Source: Planctomycetota bacterium
Lineage (GTDB): Bacteria > Bacteroidota > Bacteroidia > Cytophagales > Cyclobacteriaceae
DNA length: 64,000 nucleotides
Direction: 5' to 3'
Assembly: GCA_047612305.1 (NCBI GenBank)
Contig: JBLGAM010000005.1
Coordinates: 2,102-66,101, forward strand
Positions 18,730-29,120 of this stretch are shown here, one piece after another. Both the position numbers and the translations under genes were made by a program. Positions within the stretch are counted from its first letter, which is position 1. The number at the start of each line of letters is the position of its first letter. The notes below the pieces were generated by a model. The model saw nothing but the letters and a program-made list of their open reading frames with translations. It was not told the DNA's origin and made no database searches.

Positions 18730-19974
18730 ATGGATGCCAAAGTCTTAATAGAGTCCTTCGCAGAATTTGCGAGATCTAAAAATGTGGATCGACCTACAAT
18801 GATCCGTATCTTGGAAGATGTGTTCAGAGCGATGATTCGCAAGAAGTTTGAGACAGACGAAAACTTCGATGTGACCATTAATGCTGATCAAGGTGACTTA
18901 GAGATTTTCCGTATTAGGGAAATTGTCGACGACAATTCTGAAGATATTTGGGATTTTGATAAAATCAGTTTTGTAGAAGCAAGAAAAATCGAACCTGATT
19001 TTGAGATAGGAGAAGAGGTTTATGAGAAAATTCTACTAGAAGAATTTGGAAGAAGAGCAGTCCAAATGGCTCGACAGACTCTGATTCAGCGGATTAAAGA
19101 TCTTGAAAAAGATCTCCTATATAATAAATATGAAGAACTCGTTGGTGAAATAATCAGCGCTGAAGTCTACCAGATTTTGGGAAGAGAGATTCTCTTAATG
19201 GATCAGGAAGGAAACGAATTGATTCTTCCTAAAGGAGAACAGATTCCAAAGGATCGTTTTAGAAAAGGTGATACGGTTAAAGCTATTGTGCACCGTGTGG
19301 ATATGAATAATAGTAATCCAAAGATTATTCTATCCAGAACTTCTCCTGTTTTCTTGGAACGTTTATTTGAAAATGAGGTTCCAGAAGTATACGATGGACT
19401 AATTACAATTATAAAAATCGTTAGGGAGCCAGGTGAGCGTGCAAAAGTAGCGGTTGAGTCTTATGATGATCGTATTGATCCCGTAGGAGCATGCGTAGGA
19501 ATGAAAGGTTCAAGAATCCACGCTGTGGTTCGTGAATTGCAAAATGAAAATATTGACGTGATCAATTACACCGAGAATATGGACTTATATGTGACTCGTG
19601 CACTAAGTCCAGCTAAAGTCTCATCGATCACGATGAATGAGGAAACGAAAAGACTTTCTGTGTTCTTAAAGCCAGATCAAGTGTCTTTAGCTATCGGTAA
19701 AGGTGGTTACAATATCAAATTGGCAAGTCGATTGGTAGGATATGAGATTGATGTATTTAGAGAATTGAATGAGTCTGAAGAAGAGGACGTCGATTTATTG
19801 GAATTTGGCGATGAAATCGAAGGATGGATCATCGATGAATTGAAAAAGACTGGACTAGATACTGCTAGAAGTGTATTAAGTCTGACCAAAGAGGATTTGA
19901 CTCGAAGAACAGAGCTTGAAGAAGAGACTGTTGATGAGATTTTCAGAATCCTAAAACAAGAATTTGATCAATAA
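18730..19974 (+). CDS. nusA: Transcription factor NusA
   Basis: FGRRAVQ.ARQ, REPGERAKVAV, DPVGACVGMKGSRI, SLAIGKGG.NIKLA. Confidence 0.98.
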   Translation: MDAKVLIESFAEFARSKNVDRPTMIRILEDVFRAMIRKKFETDENFDVTINADQGDLEIFRIREIVDDNSEDIWDFDKISFVEARKIEPDFEIGEEVYEKILLEEFGRRAVQMARQTLIQRIKDLEKDLLYNKYEELVGEIISAEVYQILGREILLMDQEGNELILPKGEQIPKDRFRKGDTVKAIVHRVDMNNSNPKIILSRTSPVFLERLFENEVPEVYDGLITIIKIVREPGERAKVAVESYDDRIDPVGACVGMKGSRIHAVVRELQNENIDVINYTENMDLYVTRALSPAKVSSITMNEETKRLSVFLKPDQVSLAIGKGGYNIKLASRLVGYEIDVFRELNESEEEDVDLLEFGDEIEGWIIDELKKTGLDTARSVLSLTKEDLTRRTELEEETVDEIFRILKQEFDQ

Positions 19975-20038
19975 AGTTAGAGCTTAGCTTTAATTAAATA
20001 CCTATTATTACTTAGAATTTCGAAAGAGGTTTTTGCTT

Positions 20039-22873
20039 ATGTCAGAAGAAAAAATGTTGCGATTAGGCCAAGTAGCCAGGAAACTCAACGTGGGAACTGC
20101 AACCATCGTGGAGTCCTTGGCCAAAAAAGGCTACGAGGCGGAGAATAATCCGAATTTCAAAATAAATATGGAGCAGGTGGAGCTGCTCAATAAGGAATTC
20201 AAATCTTCCGCACTTGATAAGGAAGAGGCATCACACCTCTCGATAGGGAAGCGACATGAGCCGATTTCGCTCGAGCCGGAAGTAATTAGGCCTGAACAAA
20301 AAATAGAAGCTGCCCCAAAAGAAGCTGAACCAAAAGAACCAGCTTCAAAACCTGCTGCTCCAATTCCAGCACCTGCTCCGACGATTATTCCTGAATCTGC
20401 TCCTGCGCCAGAGTCTACTCCTATTGCAATTCCTAAGGAATCTCCTGGTCCGGAAAAAATTGTAGCAGAAACTCCAAAATTGGAAGGAATCAAAGTATTA
20501 GGAAAAATTGATTTGAGCAAAAATGTAGCTCAACCTCAAAAGAAAAAGCATAATCAACCGTATCAGCATAAGAAGCCTGATCATATAAAAGCACCTGAGG
20601 CAAAAAAGCCAACCCCACCGCAGGCACCTAAAGAAGCTCCGAAACCAGCTCCAGTTAAGCCTGTCGTCAAAATTGAGCCTAAGCTTGAAATAAAACCAGC
20701 TGAGAAAGTGGATCAAGTGATTTCAGCAAAAGCAGAATCACTGAAAGGATTAACGGTTTTAGGAAAGATAGAGTTACCCGTAGACCGATCTAAAAAGAAA
20801 GGGGGTCCAGTTGCATCCTCCGATGAGCGTGGAAGAGATAAAAAACGACCTCGAAAACGAATTGATAAGCCAGGAGGAAATAGACCAGGAGGACCAGGTC
20901 AAGTCCCGGGAAATCGCCCGCCTGTGGTAGTAAATCAAAGAGGTGCTCCTCGTAACGCTCAGCCAGTGAGAGTGCAGAAGGCAGAGCCTACTCAAAAAGA
21001 AATTCAGGACCAGATTAAACAAACTTTAGCCAGACTTCAAGGCAAAAGTGGAGGAAAAGGCAAAAGCCGTAGAGATAAAAAGACTGAACGTGTTCGCGAT
21101 CCAGAAATGGAGACTGCAGATGCAAAAATATTAAAAGTAACAGAATTCATCTCTGCAAACGACCTTGCCTCTTTGATGGATCTAACAGTAAATCAAATCA
21201 TATCAGCCTGTATGTCGCTGGGAATGTTCGTGTCGATAAATCAGCGATTAGATGCTGAAGCGATTACGATTATTGCAGATGAATTCGGTTACGATGTTGA
21301 GTTTACCAAATCGATAGAAGATGAGTTGGAGGCAGATGTTGAAGATCTTCCCGAAGATTTGGAAGAAAGAGCCCCTATCGTCACCATCATGGGCCACGTA
21401 GATCATGGTAAGACTTCACTTCTTGATTACATCAGGATGTCAAAAGTGACAGCTGATGAAGCAGGTGGAATTACTCAGCACATTGGAGCGTATGATGTAA
21501 CTACCAAAACAGGCCATAAGATCGCTTTCCTTGACACACCAGGTCACGAAGCATTCACAGCAATGCGTGCTCGTGGTGCAAAAATCACTGACGTTGCTAT
21601 CATTGTAATTGCAGCTGATGATAGTATCATGCCTCAAACTAAAGAGGCTATCAATCACGCTCAGGTAGCAGGTGTACCGATGATTTTTGCGATAAATAAA
21701 ATCGATCGACCATCTGCCAATCCTAATAAAATCAAGGAAGAACTGGCAAATATGAACTTGCTAATTGAAGAATGGGGCGGTAAATATCAATCCATGGACA
21801 TATCAGCAAAAACCGGTGAGGGTATTGATGAGCTTTTGGAAAAAGTGCTCCTTGAGTCTGAGGTGTTAGAGCTTAAAGCTAATCCTAGAAAAAATGCAGC
21901 TGGATCTGTAATTGAAGCTTCTCTAGATAAGGGAAGAGGTTATGTTTCCACCATCATGGTTCAAGCTGGAACGTTGAAAATTGGTGATATAATTCTTGCC
22001 GGTAAGCATTATGGCCGTGTGAAAGCGATGTTCGATCATAAAGGCAAAAAGCTAAAAGACGCAGGGCCTTCTACTCCAGTTCAGGTTTTAGGACTTAGCG
22101 GTGCACCTCAAGCAGGCGACACTATTAAGGTATATGATACTGAAAGAGAAGCTAGAGATATTGCTAACTCAAGAGAGCAAATCCAGCGAGAGCAAAGCAT
22201 CCGAACTAAGAAGCATATCACATTGGATGAAATCGGTCGTCGATTGGCTATCGGTTCATTTAAAGAACTAAATATTATCATCAAAGGTGACGTGGATGGT
22301 TCTGTGGAGGCACTTTCTGACTCCTTATTGAAGCTCTCTAAAGATGAGGTTAAAGTTAGTATCATTCATAAAGGTGTTGGTCAAATTTCAGAATCTGATG
22401 TCCTTTTGGCTTCGGCATCTGATGCGATTATACTTGGTTTCCAAGTGAGACCATCTTCGAATGCGAAGAAGCTTGCTGAGCAGGAAGAAATTGAAATCCG
22501 TCATTACTCGATCATCTACGATGCAATCAACCAAATCAAAGATGCAATCGAGGGTATGCTAGAGCCTACATTTGAAGAGATAATTACTGGTAATATACAA
22601 GTAAGAGAGGTCTTCAAGATCACGAAGATTGGAACTGTTGCAGGTTCTTACGTGACTGATGGATTCATCACAAGAAAGAATAAGATTCGTGTGATCAGAG
22701 ATGGCATCGTAATACACGAAGGTGAGATCGATCAATTGAAGCGATTCAAGGATGATGTAGCGGAAGTGAAAGCTGGATATGAGTGTGGTATTTCGATCAA
22801 GAATTTCAATAATATCGAAATTGACGATACGATCGAAGGCTATGAAATGAAAGAGATTAAGCGTAAAAAGTAA
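20039..22873 (+). CDS. infB: Translation initiation factor IF-2
   Basis: [35 protein letters not shown]; Pro/Lys-rich N-terminal region. ATG 20039. Confidence 0.98.
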   Translation: MSEEKMLRLGQVARKLNVGTATIVESLAKKGYEAENNPNFKINMEQVELLNKEFKSSALDKEEASHLSIGKRHEPISLEPEVIRPEQKIEAAPKEAEPKEPASKPAAPIPAPAPTIIPESAPAPESTPIAIPKESPGPEKIVAETPKLEGIKVLGKIDLSKNVAQPQKKKHNQPYQHKKPDHIKAPEAKKPTPPQAPKEAPKPAPVKPVVKIEPKLEIKPAEKVDQVISAKAESLKGLTVLGKIELPVDRSKKKGGPVASSDERGRDKKRPRKRIDKPGGNRPGGPGQVPGNRPPVVVNQRGAPRNAQPVRVQKAEPTQKEIQDQIKQTLARLQGKSGGKGKSRRDKKTERVRDPEMETADAKILKVTEFISANDLASLMDLTVNQIISACMSLGMFVSINQRLDAEAITIIADEFGYDVEFTKSIEDELEADVEDLPEDLEERAPIVTIMGHVDHGKTSLLDYIRMSKVTADEAGGITQHIGAYDVTTKTGHKIAFLDTPGHEAFTAMRARGAKITDVAIIVIAADDSIMPQTKEAINHAQVAGVPMIFAINKIDRPSANPNKIKEELANMNLLIEEWGGKYQSMDISAKTGEGIDELLEKVLLESEVLELKANPRKNAAGSVIEASLDKGRGYVSTIMVQAGTLKIGDIILAGKHYGRVKAMFDHKGKKLKDAGPSTPVQVLGLSGAPQAGDTIKVYDTEREARDIANSREQIQREQSIRTKKHITLDEIGRRLAIGSFKELNIIIKGDVDGSVEALSDSLLKLSKDEVKVSIIHKGVGQISESDVLLASASDAIILGFQVRPSSNAKKLAEQEEIEIRHYSIIYDAINQIKDAIEGMLEPTFEEIITGNIQVREVFKITKIGTVAGSYVTDGFITRKNKIRVIRDGIVIHEGEIDQLKRFKDDVAEVKAGYECGISIKNFNNIEIDDTIEGYEMKEIKRKK

Positions 22874-22894
22874 TAATCAAAAAAGTTATATGCA

Positions 22895-22925
22895 AGAAAA
22901 GGAACAGCATTGCTGTTCCTTTTCT
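22895..22925 (+). terminator. Intrinsic terminator after infB
   Basis: AGAAAAGGAACAGC-ATT-GCTGTTCCTTTTCT perfect inverted repeat. Confidence 0.85.
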
Positions 22926-22936
22926 AGTTTTAAGGT

Positions 22937-23140
22937 ATGCTGTTTTCAATTTTAACTTTTCTGAGGATCCTGCTGGTAATTAGTCTTATTAGTTTGCTAG
23001 CTGGCCTCATTAAGCCTGTTTATGTATTATGGTTTTTGGATCGGATGAACCGACTGAAAGTCATTAAATTCTATGGACTTGGAAGTCTTTTGATTTTTAC
23101 TCTTCTAGCTATTTTAAGCTGGAGGCTATTTGAAATATAA
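22937..23140 (+). CDS. Small membrane protein, two hydrophobic segments
   Basis: 67 aa, ATG start, GLIKP.YVLW...NRLKVIKFYG between the segments. Confidence 0.7.
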   Translation: MLFSILTFLRILLVISLISLLAGLIKPVYVLWFLDRMNRLKVIKFYGLGSLLIFTLLAILSWRLFEI

Positions 23141-23253
23141 TTTGGTCAGAAAGGTAAATTTTGCCTAATAATTTTGTTTTAATAAATAAATAGAAATATC
23201 TATTCTATTTTATAGAAAAATGTATTTATTTTTAAGTCATTAAAAATAAACTC

Positions 23254-23799
23254 TTGAAGAAAGCAATTGTCATATTTCTATTTGCCTGCTTTGCCATTTA
23301 TCATTTTGGCTACTATGCTTTCTATTTTTCATACGATCATCATATAGAAAGTCAATGGGTATCTCAGATCTATGGAGAACAAGTTCAAGAACAATTCGAG
23401 TTTTTAATCGAAGTTCCACTTTCAATGCCATATATGGCGAACCAAGAAGATTTTCAGCCTACAAATACGCCATTCGAAAAAGATGGAAAGTATTTTCGGG
23501 TAATCAAACAGCGCTATCAAAATGATACGCTGCAACTGATTGTTTTGCCGGATACTGAGCGCCGAGTTCTGGATAATACTGTTAAGAAATGGATTTCTGT
23601 GATTACGGAGGATGAGTTACCCCAAGATCAAAACAGCAGTATTACAATGAAGTTTTTTGTGAAAGATTATATTCAGCCTAATCCATTTTTATTCAAACCT
23701 TATTCAGCGTTACCTATTGATTATGCTATAGGCTTTGTTTTTTTTCAATACATAAGTCCTGCTGTGGATATAGAATCCCCCCCTCCACAGTTTTCTTAA
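23254..23799 (+). CDS. Hypothetical exported or membrane-anchored protein ending in SPPP; candidate regulatory leader
   Basis: Hydrophobic N-terminus, PLSMPY...GKYFRVIKQRYQNDTL core, C-terminal DIESPPPQFS*. Confidence 0.8.
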   Translation: MKKAIVIFLFACFAIYHFGYYAFYFSYDHHIESQWVSQIYGEQVQEQFEFLIEVPLSMPYMANQEDFQPTNTPFEKDGKYFRVIKQRYQNDTLQLIVLPDTERRVLDNTVKKWISVITEDELPQDQNSSITMKFFVKDYIQPNPFLFKPYSALPIDYAIGFVFFQYISPAVDIESPPPQFS

Positions 23800-24025
23800 T
23801 TCTATTTTAATTAATTCCATTAGCTCTCGTAGGATATATTCCCCATGAGTGCTGGGCGTAATGTGCCTTTTGTCCCCAGCTAGATTGGGAGATAATAGCA
23901 TGCATTTTTTATTTACAGAATCAAAAAGACATTTTATGAAATCGAGGATTACGATAACGTCACACTGTGGGATGATTATTCGAAATGTGAGATTCCATAT
24001 GGCCAAATAGAAAAATTATAAACAC

Positions 24026-24967
24026 ATGAAAAAATACTTCAGGACGCTGATTCTCCTATGCGGGGGATTGGTTCTGTCCTATATATCCATGGCACAAACT
24101 CCAACGGACGGATTGATGATGCCAAAAGGTGATATCTGCTTTTTGCTCAATTATGAGTATGGGCAATTTGATCACTATTGGGAGGGCGAAACTCTTAGAA
24201 AAAATGGAACGATAGCGCAGGTGCAGCGGAGGACCACCATGGCCATGGCAGCCTATGGAATCACCAGACGATTGGATGTCTACGCAGGCTTGCCATTAGT
24301 AAGTACAAATTCCACGACCCCAAATGGAGGAAAGTTCGCCGGAACCTCTGGAATCCAGGATTTGACACTTGGGTTAAAGTATGAGGCCTTAAGACGTAAA
24401 GGTGAAAATGGTGTGTTGACCGCGTTTGGCTCAGTGGTATTTTCTACTCCACTCTCAAACTATTTGTCAGACTATCAGCCATACAGCCTAGGTATTGGAG
24501 CTCCTCAGATTGCTTGGAGAGGCTTGATCGAGTATGAGTGGAATAACGGTTTCTATTTAAGAGGAAATGGAGGATATATCTGGAAAGGTTACACCCAGGC
24601 TGAGCGGGAATACTATTACAATGAGGGAAGCTATTTCACCTCTTGGATGGATGTTCCCAGCGCCTGGACATATGAAGCAGTTCTAGGTAAATGGTTTATG
24701 GAAAAATCTTTAAGGATAGAATTGAATTACAACGCCTCCCGTTCTACTTCTGGGGATGATATCCGTGCCTACAATGCGCCCCAACCTACCAATAAAGTTG
24801 ACATGGATAAAGTTGGTGCGTTTGTGCAATATTTCTTCAAGAATCCAAAAGGATTGGGATTGGTAGCATCATACAGTAATGTAATTACCGGTAGAAATGC
24901 TCCAGAAATGACTTCGGTCAGTGCAGGCATTACTTATCAGTTTGGCTTGTTTCACCCAAAAAACTAA
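24026..24967 (+). CDS. Predicted outer-membrane beta-barrel, transporter-like
   Basis: Signal peptide SMA-Q; amphipathic strands (YGITRRLDVYAGLP, GIQDLTLGLKY, SVSAGITYQF near the C-terminus). Confidence 0.75.
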   Translation: MKKYFRTLILLCGGLVLSYISMAQTPTDGLMMPKGDICFLLNYEYGQFDHYWEGETLRKNGTIAQVQRRTTMAMAAYGITRRLDVYAGLPLVSTNSTTPNGGKFAGTSGIQDLTLGLKYEALRRKGENGVLTAFGSVVFSTPLSNYLSDYQPYSLGIGAPQIAWRGLIEYEWNNGFYLRGNGGYIWKGYTQAEREYYYNEGSYFTSWMDVPSAWTYEAVLGKWFMEKSLRIELNYNASRSTSGDDIRAYNAPQPTNKVDMDKVGAFVQYFFKNPKGLGLVASYSNVITGRNAPEMTSVSAGITYQFGLFHPKN

Positions 24968-24971
24968 AACC

Positions 24972-26513
24972 ATGAAAATACTTCAACTAACTATATTAAT
25001 ACTTATTGCAGCAGCTACCATGACCAGCTGTACGATTGATTTGGAAACAAAACTGGAATACGAGAGCTATGAATTTTCGGGGATTGATCAGGATGCTGGT
25101 AACTGGAAGCCCATTTTGATTCCGTCTGGCAGCGATATCTCTGTTGATGAACCTAAAGCAGATAATTCCCAGGAGTTTTTAGCAGAAGTGGAAGCTGTGA
25201 AATCAAAAATAAAATCCATGTCCAATGATGAAAGGGAAAATGTGGATTACTGGACAAACAATGCTGTGCTTCGATGGAATGAAGTGGCACTTGGCTTGAT
25301 AGCAAAATATAATCTGATCCCTGGGCCAAATGTTGATGAATCTTATTCACTTCCTGACCCAGCAAATCCCGCTGGACCCCCAGTATTTCCCTTTGCTCAT
25401 CCACCGTATGCAAGTAGGGCTTTGGCCTATCTTTCAGTGGCGCAATATGATGGTTTGATCTCAGCTTGGCACTACAAATTTGAATTTAATCGGCCTGCCC
25501 CTTATCAGGTTGATGCGGGGATTCCCCATGCTTATGTTTCCAATAATTTGCCTTCCTATCCTTCCGAAGGAGCAGTATTGGCGACGGTCTCCAGAAAAAT
25601 CCTAACAGCTATGTTTCCCCTGGAAGCTGATTATTTGATGAGGTTAGAAAAGGAACATTTGGAAAGCTTGATTTTGGCTGGAGAAAATGTGCTGAGCGAC
25701 TTAATCGCTGGTAAGAAAATAGGAGAAGAAATAGCTAGAATTGCCCTAGCAAGAGCTTCCAAAGATGGGATGAAAAATGCTCAAGCATCTAAGGCAGTTT
25801 CCGATTCCTTACGTAAGGCAGCATTTGACCGGTTTGGATGGCAATGGGAAAATCTAGAAAGCCCAGTTCGTCCCGTTGGATTAACGCCTTTTTTTGGAAA
25901 AGTGAAAATGTGGAGTGTTCCCAATGTTGAAGCTACAAGACCGGGTATTCCTCCAGCTCCAGGTTCGGAAGCATTCCAGAAGGATGTAAGAATCTTAAAG
26001 GACTATGCAGATAATGTAACCCAGGAACGTAGGAGAATTGCTAATTTTTGGCAAGATGGTTTGGGGACCTATACTCCGCCAGGTCATTGGAATGACATAG
26101 CTGGAGAGTTTATCCTGAAATACAAGCTTAACTCCATCCGGACTGCCCGGGCATTTGCTTACCTGAATATGGCAATTATGGATGGCGGGATTAGTTGCTG
26201 GGACTCTAAATACTATTATTACTATCCAAGGCCAATCCAATTGATCAAAGATTTTGAAACCATTGCAGGGACTCCAAATTTCCCAGCTTATACCTCTGGA
26301 CATTCTGTTTTCTCTTCAGCTGCTGCGGAGGTTTTAACATATTTATTTCCTCAAGAAGGAAGTAAATTTCAAAAATGGGCTGATGAGGCCGCTATCTCAC
26401 GTGTTTACGGAGGGATTCATTGGACTTTTGACGCTAAAGAGGGAACTAAGCAAGGTAAAAATGTGGCTCAATACTCGATCGATCGTGCCATGATTGACGG
26501 AGCAGATCGTTGA
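24972..26513 (+). CDS. Lipoprotein of the PAP2/vanadium-dependent haloperoxidase family, two tandem domains
   Basis: Lipobox MTS-C from ATG 24972; C-domain KYYYYYPRP, PAYTSGHS, SRVYGGIH; N-domain is a degenerate copy. Confidence 0.88.
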   Translation: MKILQLTILILIAAATMTSCTIDLETKLEYESYEFSGIDQDAGNWKPILIPSGSDISVDEPKADNSQEFLAEVEAVKSKIKSMSNDERENVDYWTNNAVLRWNEVALGLIAKYNLIPGPNVDESYSLPDPANPAGPPVFPFAHPPYASRALAYLSVAQYDGLISAWHYKFEFNRPAPYQVDAGIPHAYVSNNLPSYPSEGAVLATVSRKILTAMFPLEADYLMRLEKEHLESLILAGENVLSDLIAGKKIGEEIARIALARASKDGMKNAQASKAVSDSLRKAAFDRFGWQWENLESPVRPVGLTPFFGKVKMWSVPNVEATRPGIPPAPGSEAFQKDVRILKDYADNVTQERRRIANFWQDGLGTYTPPGHWNDIAGEFILKYKLNSIRTARAFAYLNMAIMDGGISCWDSKYYYYYPRPIQLIKDFETIAGTPNFPAYTSGHSVFSSAAAEVLTYLFPQEGSKFQKWADEAAISRVYGGIHWTFDAKEGTKQGKNVAQYSIDRAMIDGADR

Positions 26514-26523
26514 TTCAAAGAAG

Positions 26524-28158
26524 TCAGAGAGCCTTAAGGGGTTCTTTGACTTCTTTTTTCAAGCTTTTTGTAGCCAAAATCATTAGAGAAATTGCTAAAC
26601 CAAAGAGCAAAGCTGCAATAAGCGAAAGGACATAAACGCCATCTTGAAAGTTTTTCCAAGCAAATAGCCCTAGCGAAGCCAAGGTAACCGTGAACATGAA
26701 AAACATCGGAATCGTGACAAACAAAGCATTTACTTTTTTCTTAATCAGCCACACCGCAATAGTTAATAATGCTAAAGCAGCAAGTAGTTGATTTGCAGAT
26801 CCAAAGATTGGCCAAAGTGTAGTGAACTCTCCTGAAAGTAGAAGTAAAATCGAAAAAATCACTACGATTCCGGTGGAGACAAATCTGTTTTTTGCAAGAA
26901 ACTGAGCCGCTGGCTGGGGAACGTCCTCAAAATATTCTTGAAGTGTGAATCGAGCGAGGCGAGTACATGTGTCAAGTGTAGTCAAAGCAAAAGCTGAGAC
27001 AGTCAAGGCTACAAAGCCAACAGCAAAATTTTCAGACACTCCTAACGTAGATATCATTCCCCCTAAACCTGTTGAAAAAAGGGAGACTGGCCCCTCACCT
27101 ACAAGTCGAGCAGTATATTCTCCCTTGGTCAAAACTACTACGGCCCCAACGGAAATGATAGCTAAAAATGATTCAATTAGCATCCCCCCGAAACCAACTA
27201 ATTTGGCATCACTTTCTTTATCAAGTTGCTTAGAAGTAGTTCCTGAGGCCACCAAAGAATGAAATCCACTAATAGCTCCGCAGGCGATAGTTACAAACAA
27301 AACTGGAAATATATATCCTAGGTTTTCATCGGATACCGTGATCTCATTAGACATTTGAATTTCAGGGTTGGAGACAAAAACCCCGAGAACTGCGGCGATT
27401 ATTAGCCCATAAAGCAAGAAACTGTTCAAATAGTCTCTGGGCTGAAGCAGCATACTTACTGGGGTGACTGAAGCTATAAAAGCGTAACCCAAAAGTGCTA
27501 AAATCCAAATCTTATAGTCGAGTTCAAAGGGGAACTGCATCCCGAGATAGACAAAAAAATACATCAAGATTACGCCAACGATACTAAGGATAATGAACGA
27601 TACTTTTTTACTTCCTACCAATCTATTCATGATCCCGAATCCGATAGCAAGAAGGATGAACAAGATGGAAGCAGATGCTACGCCAGGATTACTGACAAAG
27701 GTTTTGGCGATAATGTCTGAAAACACACCGATCACTAGGATTAGTGTGGAAAAGCTAAAAACAATAAATAGCTGCTTACCGCGGAGTCCGATCTGATTTC
27801 GGATGATTACTCCTATAGATTTACCATCCGTTTTCATGGAAGCAGCCATACTCCCTAAGTCATGAACTGCTCCAAAAAATATTCCTCCAACTAAAATCCA
27901 AATCACCGCAGGAATCCATCCAAAAGTAACTGCGATAATAGGGCCTACAATTGGACCAGCACCAGCAATTGAAGCAAAATGATGACCCAAAACCACTATT
28001 GGTTTGCTTGGTTCATAGTCTATTCCATCTCGGTGGGTGTGGGATGGAGCGGGTTTATCATCATTCAGCCCAAATTTTTTGTAGACAAAATTTCCATAAA
28101 ATCGGTAAGCTAGGAGCAGGATGATTCCGGATATCAATAGAAGTAATGCTAAACTCAT
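26524..28158 (-). CDS. cstA: Carbon starvation CstA family transporter
   Basis: GHHFASIAGAGPIVGP, GAVHD, LQPRDYLN, TIACGAISGFHSL, TTLDTCTRLAR, WPIFGSANQLLA. Confidence 0.96.
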   Translation of the reverse strand: MSLALLLLISGIILLLAYRFYGNFVYKKFGLNDDKPAPSHTHRDGIDYEPSKPIVVLGHHFASIAGAGPIVGPIIAVTFGWIPAVIWILVGGIFFGAVHDLGSMAASMKTDGKSIGVIIRNQIGLRGKQLFIVFSFSTLILVIGVFSDIIAKTFVSNPGVASASILFILLAIGFGIMNRLVGSKKVSFIILSIVGVILMYFFVYLGMQFPFELDYKIWILALLGYAFIASVTPVSMLLQPRDYLNSFLLYGLIIAAVLGVFVSNPEIQMSNEITVSDENLGYIFPVLFVTIACGAISGFHSLVASGTTSKQLDKESDAKLVGFGGMLIESFLAIISVGAVVVLTKGEYTARLVGEGPVSLFSTGLGGMISTLGVSENFAVGFVALTVSAFALTTLDTCTRLARFTLQEYFEDVPQPAAQFLAKNRFVSTGIVVIFSILLLLSGEFTTLWPIFGSANQLLAALALLTIAVWLIKKKVNALFVTIPMFFMFTVTLASLGLFAWKNFQDGVYVLSLIAALLFGLAISLMILATKSLKKEVKEPLKAL

Positions 28159-28359
28159 GTTCTAAATTTGGGGCAATTGATGAGAATTGAAAATTATTTT
28201 CTTGGACAGTTTCGCTGGAAGATAATCAAATCTTCTAGCTGAATTTATTTTTAATGATAGAATTCTGGATGGAAATTAAGTTCAACCCTCTTATTTCAAG
28301 CTTTTTGAGCTCCAAACAAATATTTCGGTCAGCTTCAATCCGGTGCTCTAGAACTATGC

Positions 28360-28367
28360 TACCTTTG
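28360..28367 (+). promoter_or_regulatory. -7 promoter box, near-leaderless transcript
   Basis: TACCTTTG ends 8 nt before ATG 28376. Confidence 0.65.
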
Positions 28368-28375
28368 TGGCATCA

Positions 28376-28912
28376 ATGAAAATTAAAGAGTTCAATTATT
28401 CCGCAAATTTCTGCGAAGAAAATATTTGGCATCTATGCCAAAACCAAGAATTAAAGGGCTTTACCAAAAAAGTTCTTATCGTTTCTAACCCCTTAAAAAA
28501 TTGCCCGTTTAGATTTCAAAAATCTATTAATGATGACGAAGTGGTCTGGTGGAATTACCATGTAATTATGCTAGCATCCACTACAGAAGTAAATTTGGTT
28601 TATGATTTTGATTCCACTCTGCCACTCCCAACTAGCGCTAAGGAATATTTTGAATTGACTTTTGCAAAAAAAGATCATTTAAAAGAAGGCGATTTGCCTT
28701 TATTCAAATCGATAAATGCGAGAGATTACATTGATTCCTTTTTTTCCGACAGAAGTCATATGAAAGATGCAGATGGAAATTGGTTATCAAGCCCTCCTGA
28801 TTGGCATATCATTGGAAAAAATAAGAATCTGCCATTGATTAAATTGCAGGATTTCTCAGCTTCAAGTGAGCAAAAGATTTACAGCCTCGAGGAGATGGGA
28901 GCGCTTATTTAA
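28376..28912 (+). CDS. Protein N-terminal glutamine amidohydrolase homologue (NTAQ1/WDYHV1 family)
   Basis: YSANFCEENIWHLC, WNYHVI, VYDFDSTLP, FFSDRSHMK...W..PP.W match NTAQ1 motifs including the Cys-His-Asp triad. Confidence 0.88.
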   Translation: MKIKEFNYSANFCEENIWHLCQNQELKGFTKKVLIVSNPLKNCPFRFQKSINDDEVVWWNYHVIMLASTTEVNLVYDFDSTLPLPTSAKEYFELTFAKKDHLKEGDLPLFKSINARDYIDSFFSDRSHMKDADGNWLSSPPDWHIIGKNKNLPLIKLQDFSASSEQKIYSLEEMGALI

Positions 28913-29076
28913 AAGTTTTCGTGTCGGGTTTAATTATGTTTGATCAAATTACCCCCTTCTCTTTACTTGTGAGTAAATTTTATCTGTCAAATTATATTAG
29001 ATTATTTGGCTCTAAAACTAGCATTTCACCTAGTTGAGTCAATTTTACTTTGATTTTATTTACCAGATATATAGGC

Positions 29077-29084
29077 TAAATTTG
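29077..29084 (+). promoter_or_regulatory. -7 promoter box for accD
   Basis: TAAATTTG 36 nt upstream of the ATG. Confidence 0.6.
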
Positions 29085-29120
29085 TATCCTTTGATTTTTC
29101 AAAAAAAATAGAAACTCAAT

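Noticed and set aside
23710-24006. Minus-strand 98-aa ORF in the leader-barrel spacer
   Set aside because: No motif and overlaps a real gene in antisense; the spacer is better explained as UTR.
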